From Candidatus Onthoplasma sp. (GTDB lineage: Bacteria > Bacillota > Clostridia > Christensenellales > UBA1242), in the NCBI GenBank assembly GCA_045598895.1, contig JAZRUZ010000036.1:1-53890 (forward strand): a DNA stretch of 53,890 nt. The letters are read 5' to 3'. Positions within the stretch are counted from its first letter, which is position 1, and the number at the start of each line of letters is the position of its first letter. The notes beneath the pieces were generated by a model. It saw only the letters and a list, made by a program, of their open reading frames with translations. It did no database searches and had not been told where the DNA came from. A program made the translations under genes and the position numbers. Of the stretch, positions 47,669 to 53,890 are shown in pieces.

Positions 47669-48901
47669 TCAACTTAAATTGTCAATTTTTAATAAGCCCT
47701 TAGCGACTTCGTTAATATCACCTGCTCCTACGAAAGCGATTTTTGAGTTTGTTGCTAAATTAGGAAGTATCGTATCTACACTATCGGCATATTTAATGTT
47801 ACACCCTTTTTCTTTAAGCATTAAATATAGTTCGTATGCGCTTATTCCATCATTTTTTGTTTCTCTCGCAGGATACTCTTTGAAAATTATAACGTTATCT
47901 ATGCCAGATAAAACTTCAATAAACTCTTTCAATAAATATTTAGTTCTAGAGAAAGTGTGTGGCTGGAACACTATTTGACCTTTACCAAAACCACTCAAAA
48001 ACGACTTTATTTCTGTTGGATGATGGGCATAATCAATAAATACTTCGCTTCCATTAAATTCTCCTATTTTTTCTTGCCTACGAGGTATGCCTCTAAATGT
48101 CTTTATTGCTTTTAGTATATTTTCTTCTTTTACTCCTAGATCTAGACAAACTCGAAATGCGATTGCAATATTTTCTTGATTATAGTTGCCTTTTAGGTGT
48201 GTAGTAAACTTTCTATCTGGCTTTATAAAGTTGATTTTCTTGTATTTCTTTAAATATTTCGTAGATTCGTTATCGCCAACGAACCTTAATCCTGCTCGTT
48301 TTAAGAACAGCCAAAAGTCGTTCCTTAATTCGAACATACTAGTATAGCAGTCCATATGGTCTTTTTCGACATTGGTTACCACTGCAATATCAGGATAAAG
48401 CGACAAGAAACTTTTGTTATATTCACACGCTTCAACAACCAAAATATCGTCAGTAATATCAAATCTAGGAAATTCGACATCTGCCCCGATATGACACGAT
48501 ACTTTAATTCCATTTTCTCTTAAAATATGATAGATCAAACTACTTGTCGTGCTTTTGCCATGTGTGCCAGCAACTGCAACTAATGTTTTAAATTTACTAC
48601 AAAGCCATGATAGGATCTCTGCTCTGTCTATGATCTTAATATTCTTATCTTTAAAATATTTTATGTATTCATTGTCGTCTTTTATCGCAGCAGTCTTTAC
48701 CACGACATCTACATCACAAAAATCCTTCCTAAATTCACTAGTAATCTTCGCTCCTTTTTCTTCTAATTTTTTGGTATAAGAATTAGGACGAATATCATAA
48801 CCATAAACTTTTACACCAAGTTCACAAAACATATGTGCAATTTGATGCATACTAACTCCACCAATACCCAAGAACAAAATTGAATTAATTTCTAACTTCA
48901 T
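47669..48901 (-). CDS. murC: UDP-N-acetylmuramate--L-alanine ligase (Mur ligase family, MurC-like)
   Basis: N-terminal GIGGVSMHQIA Rossmann motif and AVAGTHGKSTTSS P-loop. 410 aa. Ends with TGA. Confidence 0.8.
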   Translation of the reverse strand: MKLEINSILFLGIGGVSMHQIAHMFCELGVKVYGYDIRPNSYTKKLEEKGAKITSEFRKDFCDVDVVVKTAAIKDDNEYIKYFKDKNIKIIDRAEILSWLCSKFKTLVAVAGTHGKSTTSSLIYHILRENGIKVSCHIGADVEFPRFDITDDILVVEACEYNKSFLSLYPDIAVVTNVEKDHMDCYTSMFELRNDFWLFLKRAGLRFVGDNESTKYLKKYKKINFIKPDRKFTTHLKGNYNQENIAIAFRVCLDLGVKEENILKAIKTFRGIPRRQEKIGEFNGSEVFIDYAHHPTEIKSFLSGFGKGQIVFQPHTFSRTKYLLKEFIEVLSGIDNVIIFKEYPARETKNDGISAYELYLMLKEKGCNIKYADSVDTILPNLATNSKIAFVGAGDINEVAKGLLKIDNLS

Positions 48902-49012
48902 TTTTCCTCCATTGTAATTTATATGATTTTCTTCTTCTCTTCGTCATAAAATTTAGTTTTCATATTGACAAATTAAAGATATGATTTATACTCTTAATAA
49001 AAGGAAAAATAT

Positions 49013-50032
49013 ATGGACGACGAAGTGTTAATGGAATTAAATAATTCTTTTAAAGAAATCGATAAAAAAGTAGACTATATCAATAAAAATCGTTACATTT
49101 GTGACGAACTTATACGTGAAAAAAATAGTCACATTGATATTGACTTTGTTAAACAAAGTGAATTGATAGAAAATAATCCTATCAAAGAATTAAAAGGAAT
49201 TCATATAAACAATGCAGGTTATAAAGTATTAACACTTGAACCATATTTCCCTTATGAATTGTTAAAAATTTATAAAAATGATAATGAATTTGAAACTGGT
49301 ATAGATTACTATGCTGATGAACTCGATGAATTCAAAGATCAACTAGTTAATTTTAAATCAAAATGTTCATTACTAATTAGATGCTATGATGAAAATCAAA
49401 AACTAAATAATGAATTTATTTATAAAACACCCAGTCATTTAAAAGCGTTGAATTTCGCTTTACAAAGAGCTAGGCATGACAGGAGAAAAAGTTTATCACC
49501 TAACAGACATCCACATGAACTTACAGATGAATTTATTTGTTTTTTAAATGGACTTATAACAGTTAAAAGTTATGAAGAATTTGGACCATTTATGGGATTA
49601 GGCGAATATCGTTACACTGCAGAAACAGGTGAACACATGAATGTTGAAATAGAAGGCGCAAAGTTTAAAACAACTGATTCTAGTAGAGTAAAACGAGAAA
49701 TGAATGACCTTATTGATGAATTTAATCATTCAAAATTGCATCCTATTCTTAAAGCCTTAATTTTCAAAGTTAAATTTGTAAAAATACATCCTTTCTATGA
49801 CGGCAATGGAAGAACTTCAAGAATTTTATTAAATTATATGCTTGTACGAGAGGGATACCCAACAATTACTATAAAAAATAATCAAAAAGAAAAATATTTT
49901 GAAATGTTAGAAAACGCTATCGTTTACGAAGACTTTTCTGGATTAATCAACTTCGTTAAAGATGCTCTAAATACAAGATGTGATAAATACATAGAACTAA
50001 TAAATGAAAATATGCAACAAAATAATATATAG
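49013..50032 (+). CDS. Fic family protein (AMPylase-type)
   Basis: Canonical Fic motif HPFYDGNGRTSR at aa 259-270. Confidence 0.85.
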   Translation: MDDEVLMELNNSFKEIDKKVDYINKNRYICDELIREKNSHIDIDFVKQSELIENNPIKELKGIHINNAGYKVLTLEPYFPYELLKIYKNDNEFETGIDYYADELDEFKDQLVNFKSKCSLLIRCYDENQKLNNEFIYKTPSHLKALNFALQRARHDRRKSLSPNRHPHELTDEFICFLNGLITVKSYEEFGPFMGLGEYRYTAETGEHMNVEIEGAKFKTTDSSRVKREMNDLIDEFNHSKLHPILKALIFKVKFVKIHPFYDGNGRTSRILLNYMLVREGYPTITIKNNQKEKYFEMLENAIVYEDFSGLINFVKDALNTRCDKYIELINENMQQNNI

Positions 50033-50137
50033 ATAAAAATAAGCAAAGGTACTAAAAACATTTGCTTATTTTTTTTTAATTTTGTAAAATGATAATAACT
50101 ACTAAGTAGTTAATCTAAAAAGGGGAAGGTGACTAAC

Positions 50138-50407
50138 TTGAATATTACAGACGTTAGAATTAGACTAGTTAGCAAAGATGATAGCAAGTTGAAAGCCGTA
50201 GCTTCTTTTACAATTGACGAAGTGTTTGCAGTACACGACGTTAAAGTTGTTGAAGGAAACAATGGTTTATTCATACAAATGCCATCTAAGCAAAAGCCAA
50301 CAGGTGAACACAGAGATATTGCTCACCCATTGAACACTGAAACTAGAGATCAAATCAGCTCTGCTGTTCTTGCTGCTTACGAAAAAGAAAAAGCTAATCA
50401 AGAATAG
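50138..50407 (+). CDS. spoVG: SpoVG family protein
   Basis: NITDVRIRLV...KLKAVASFTIDEVFAVHDVKVVEG...FIQMPS...DIAHPLN. A TTG start at 50138 with a GGGGAAGG SD fits the family N-terminus better than the tracked GTG at 50129. Confidence 0.88.
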   Translation: MNITDVRIRLVSKDDSKLKAVASFTIDEVFAVHDVKVVEGNNGLFIQMPSKQKPTGEHRDIAHPLNTETRDQISSAVLAAYEKEKANQE

Positions 50408-50411
50408 TAAA

Positions 50412-50435
50412 AATCCACGATTACGTGGATTTTTT
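50412..50435 (+). terminator. spoVG terminator
   Basis: AATCCACG / CGTGGATT hairpin followed by TTTT. Confidence 0.6.
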
Positions 50436-50470
50436 GTTGCTGGTTAGTGTATAAAAATTTGCTACATTAA

Positions 50471-50515
50471 CAAAAAACACACTATATTGACCTTTAAGGT
50501 TATAGTGTGTTTTTT
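50471..50515 (-). terminator. Terminator after the GLUG-repeat gene
   Basis: 10-bp stem ACACACTATA / TATAGTGTGT flanked by A- and T-runs. Confidence 0.6.
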
Positions 50516-50517
50516 AT

Positions 50518-53500
50518 TTATAATGATTGTAAGAAACTTAATCTTATTCCATTATTAGAATACCAAATACCATCTTCACCATTTACAGAGAATGTAAGAG
50601 TTTTAGTTGAAGTGTTGTCAGACTTTAATAATTGACTTTGTCCCCAATACAACTCAAAGCTTCCGGTAAATGTTGAACTTGAGTTAAATTCAGTAGTGGT
50701 CTTTACAAATGAAGAATCTGCATTGTCATCATAAGTATAACTAACATCTGTCCAGAAGAACCAATTACCTATTCCAAAAGAATACTTGATATCGCTAGGC
50801 AAATCTTTAGAATTAACTACTACACTTTGCATTTTTCCGTGAAATGCATTAGGAATATATAAGTTAAATCCTCTATCAAGGTCGCTATCAACTGAACTAG
50901 CATCATATGTTAAATCAAAGTTTGATTTATCTTTTGAGTCATAAAAATCAGTCCATGCCTCACGATATTTAGTTCCTAATCCTGCAATTGTAGAATCAAT
51001 TGTTGAATTTCTCAAAACAGCGCCGTTAGGGAAGACAAGAACAATAAGTGAGCTTCTAGTTGAATTATCTAAACCTACAATATTTGAAACTGCTTCAATG
51101 TTTTCAATCGAACCTAACCTAAAGTCTACAACAAATCCTGCAACATAGTTACGGCCCGAAATTGTAACTTTTTCGATACTAGCACCATTTATTTTCCCAA
51201 TCAGAACTTCGTTAATTGATGCAAGAGAACTATTCATTTCAACTGCTAAACCTGCAACAATATTCCCTTTTAAGTTAGATGAAATTACAACTTTATCTAC
51301 AGTAGCACTATTAACAACAGCGACACCAGCAACTTTATAATTCTTATCGATTAATTTTGAATTATCATCGCCTAAATAACCGATATTTGTAATATATACA
51401 TAAACATTTTGAATATCTTTATCGTCGGTAGCAGATTTTTCTGTACCATTACCATTGTTAACCACACATATTCCACCAATGTACACCATTCCTGACAAAG
51501 CGTTATCTCCATCTTGAGCAACAATCTTATCTCCTGTAATTGTAACATTTTTAATTAATCCATTGTTTTGTGCTGTTACTCCAGCGATACTAATTGAACC
51601 ATTCAATTTTTTAGCTTCAACATTAACTGTTGCATTTACATTATTTATTGTACCATTATTTAAAGCAACCAAACCTGCCACTTTAGAATATGGAATGTTT
51701 TTATTGTAATTTACATTTACTTCTGCTTGGATATTTGTAATTGTACCAGCATTTTCAGCTACAACACCTGCAACAAAATAACTACCATAAATAGTACCTG
51801 AAACACTAGAATTTGCTAAAACTGAAGACTCATTTAACAATCCTACAAGACCACCTATGTAACCAATATTATTTTCACTTGTACAATTCAATGACGAAAC
51901 ACTACAATTATTTATAGTAGTGTTTTCAGCAATAGCGACAAGTCCACCAAAATAATCTGATGTTAAATTTATATCGCAATCAAAACTAATATTTATATTA
52001 TTAATTTGACAACCTATTTGTTGGTCAGTTGAGTTAGTACTTCCAGCAAAACCACCTATATATTTTGCATTTGCAGATATACCTGTTATTACTATGTTCA
52101 TATTTTGTATAAAGCAATTATCTATAGTTTTAAATAAACCTACATAATCACCGTTTGCATTTTTTAAATTAATTGTAATAGTGTGATTATTTCCCTCTAA
52201 TGTACAACCCTTTAATACGGAAGGAATCCAATCTTTTGCTTCAATGTTTATATCAGCAATAATTTCAAAATTTTTATTTTCTTGAGTACCTGCCAAATAG
52301 TCAAACGTATTAAAGTCGTAAATTTTTATAAATTCACTATTGTTTTCAAGTAAATAATCAGTAGGATTATTAAGGTTATAATTTAACATTTTGAGTTTAG
52401 GTAATTCAGTATCACTAAATTCCCAAATATTAGTCATATCCCAATAAGTTTTTGTTCCATTTTTTAAAGAATAATAGACAAAATTATTAAGATTTGAATT
52501 TGCATAGTCTATCGCATCTTCAATAGAAGCAAACGCTTGAATCATGAATAAATTTTCATCAAAGAATGCTGGGATAGTGTTATCGTCACTACCTCTAAAC
52601 AATTCGCCGTCAAAAGTTTTTACAATACTTTCGTCGGTTAAGTCACTAGAAATAACCAAGTTTCCAATCAAGTAACGTTTATTGTTAGCATTTATTCTAT
52701 CAAATTCACTATCTTCTCTAATTTCGCCAATGAATGCACCAAATTTATTGTCATCACAAGTGGTATTCGCTAAACTTTCTCTAATACTACCATTTTCCTG
52801 TGATATGCTAAATAAACCAGCAAAACCACCAATGGTATTGTTAGAAATATCGCTTTCGTTAAGGAAAACTATTTCAGTGTTTTCAACCGAACTTGTTTCA
52901 ACAAGCGCTTTGTTAACATGACCGAAAAGTCCACCAATCGTTTCACTCATATCTCGATTTACTGAAATTTTGCTATCTGTTACATAAACATTTGAGGCAT
53001 TTCCATTAATTAAACCTGACACACCACCAATAGTAGCTCCGGCCTTTTGGTTCGTTATTGTTAAATTAGAAACTTTAATATTTTTGATAGTTCCGTCAAT
53101 TTTTCCAGCCAATGCGCCTACATAATCAGAATTACCCGACAAAACAAAATTATCAAGAATTAAATCATGTACATTTCCACCAGAAGTAATGGTTGAGAAA
53201 AGTCCTAGATTTGTTTGAACAAGATTACCATTTAAGTTGCTAATTGTATGTCCATTTCCATTAAAGTTTCCAGAGAAACTACTTAAAACACCGAAATCAC
53301 TCGTTAAAACAATATCACTAAGAAGATTATAATAGCCGTCAGCCTTGTATCCGTTAGCAACCTTTTTTAATTGTCTTTCATTTTTAATAATGTAAGGGTG
53401 TTCGATAGAGCCGTCACCGATATGAAGTTTTACATTGAGAGTTTTAAAGTTTTTGTTAGATGTAGAAATAACAAGGTCAACATCTCCACCAAGACTAGCC

Positions 53501-53766
53501 ACTACATAGCAGTTTCCTTCTTCGTCAAAACTTAAATATTCACTTGCTTCACCTTTTACTGAATAATCAATAGTTGTTGCATTAAGTTTATAAGGCTTGG
53601 TGATTACTAAGCCCAATTCTTCTACTGAAAAAGTATCAGTAGTGTTAACAAAAATCTCACGAACGTTAAGAGCGATAACTTCATCATTTCTTAAGAAATA
53701 ATAAGTTGTAAGCCCTAAACATAACACAACTATAATCGAAATTAAAAAGACTAAAAATTTCTTCAT
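50518..53766 (-). CDS. Large surface protein with an N-terminal Ig-like region and many GLUG-type repeats (1082 aa)
   Basis: N-terminal signal anchor. Repeated units of the form IGG(L/F)(V/A)G...N.G.I.N (for example IGGLVGLLNESSV, VAGLVALNNGTINNV, IAGVTAQNNGLIKNV). Confidence 0.65.
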   Translation of the reverse strand: MKKFLVFLISIIVVLCLGLTTYYFLRNDEVIALNVREIFVNTTDTFSVEELGLVITKPYKLNATTIDYSVKGEASEYLSFDEEGNCYVVASLGGDVDLVISTSNKNFKTLNVKLHIGDGSIEHPYIIKNERQLKKVANGYKADGYYNLLSDIVLTSDFGVLSSFSGNFNGNGHTISNLNGNLVQTNLGLFSTITSGGNVHDLILDNFVLSGNSDYVGALAGKIDGTIKNIKVSNLTITNQKAGATIGGVSGLINGNASNVYVTDSKISVNRDMSETIGGLFGHVNKALVETSSVENTEIVFLNESDISNNTIGGFAGLFSISQENGSIRESLANTTCDDNKFGAFIGEIREDSEFDRINANNKRYLIGNLVISSDLTDESIVKTFDGELFRGSDDNTIPAFFDENLFMIQAFASIEDAIDYANSNLNNFVYYSLKNGTKTYWDMTNIWEFSDTELPKLKMLNYNLNNPTDYLLENNSEFIKIYDFNTFDYLAGTQENKNFEIIADINIEAKDWIPSVLKGCTLEGNNHTITINLKNANGDYVGLFKTIDNCFIQNMNIVITGISANAKYIGGFAGSTNSTDQQIGCQINNINISFDCDINLTSDYFGGLVAIAENTTINNCSVSSLNCTSENNIGYIGGLVGLLNESSVLANSSVSGTIYGSYFVAGVVAENAGTITNIQAEVNVNYNKNIPYSKVAGLVALNNGTINNVNATVNVEAKKLNGSISIAGVTAQNNGLIKNVTITGDKIVAQDGDNALSGMVYIGGICVVNNGNGTEKSATDDKDIQNVYVYITNIGYLGDDNSKLIDKNYKVAGVAVVNSATVDKVVISSNLKGNIVAGLAVEMNSSLASINEVLIGKINGASIEKVTISGRNYVAGFVVDFRLGSIENIEAVSNIVGLDNSTRSSLIVLVFPNGAVLRNSTIDSTIAGLGTKYREAWTDFYDSKDKSNFDLTYDASSVDSDLDRGFNLYIPNAFHGKMQSVVVNSKDLPSDIKYSFGIGNWFFWTDVSYTYDDNADSSFVKTTTEFNSSSTFTGSFELYWGQSQLLKSDNTSTKTLTFSVNGEDGIWYSNNGIRLSFLQSL

Positions 53767-53793
53767 AAACTATTTTCCCTTTAGTTTTTCATT

Positions 53794-53821
53794 ATTATAT
53801 CTCAAATTTTCACTTTGTCAA
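53794..53821 (-). promoter_or_regulatory. Promoter of the GLUG-repeat gene (TTGACA-16 nt-TATAAT)
   Basis: -35 at 53816-53821 and -10 at 53794-53799. Confidence 0.5.
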
Positions 53822-53890
53822 TACCCAATTTTATATTAACAAACCACTAATAACTATTATCTATTCTTATTTTTTAAAACAAGATAGACA

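Noticed and set aside
1-53890. Possible Mollicutes-type genetic code (TGA = Trp), given the very low GC and DUF285-type repeats
   Set aside because: Every conserved protein is full length under the standard code. gpmI (stop at 12047-12049) and murC (stop at 47669-47671) end with TGA at the expected C-termini. murC also implies a peptidoglycan wall.
1-53890. Search for rRNA, tRNA, CRISPR arrays, transposases, integrases and reverse transcriptases
   Set aside because: I found no GC-rich cloverleaf-like segments, no regularly spaced direct repeats and no ORFs with recognisable mobile-element motifs. The only RNA gene I can support is ssrA.

Overview
Low-GC (about 30%) Bacillota-type chromosomal segment, transcribed almost entirely on the minus strand. 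It uses the standard bacterial code: TGA ends gpmI and murC, TAG ends many conserved genes, and no conserved protein is truncated. The core is a complete S10-spc-alpha ribosomal protein cluster (rpsJ to rplQ, 39200 down to 23816, including secY, adk, map, infA and an untracked rpmJ). It is followed, unusually, by the str operon (rpsL-rpsG-fusA-tuf, 23524 down to 18785). Other housekeeping blocks are pgk-tpiA-gpmI, secG-rnr-smpB with tmRNA (ssrA) nearby, pyk, trpS, rpmE-prmC-prfA, murC and spoVG. Accessory content includes an SPFH plus zinc-ribbon pair and two small hypothetical genes behind a palindromic operator pair. It also includes an XRE regulator divergent from a TM2 protein, a Fic enzyme and a 1082-aa GLUG-repeat surface protein. 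The last accessory block is a two-gene TasA/camelysin-like module whose second member is fused to BspA/DUF285-type leucine-rich repeats. Four things look most unusual. (1) Two 96%-identical copies of a 126-nt hairpin-rich element sit in an abnormally long 481-nt rpsL-rpsG spacer. (2) The TasA-like fibre/adhesin pair has no sipW in the window. (3) rpmE carries an in-frame TAG as codon 2 behind a consensus promoter and strong SD. (4) The S10 operon has a roughly 285-nt structured leader. I found no rRNA, tRNA, CRISPR array, transposase or integrase. All homology calls come from motif recognition by eye, not from database searches.
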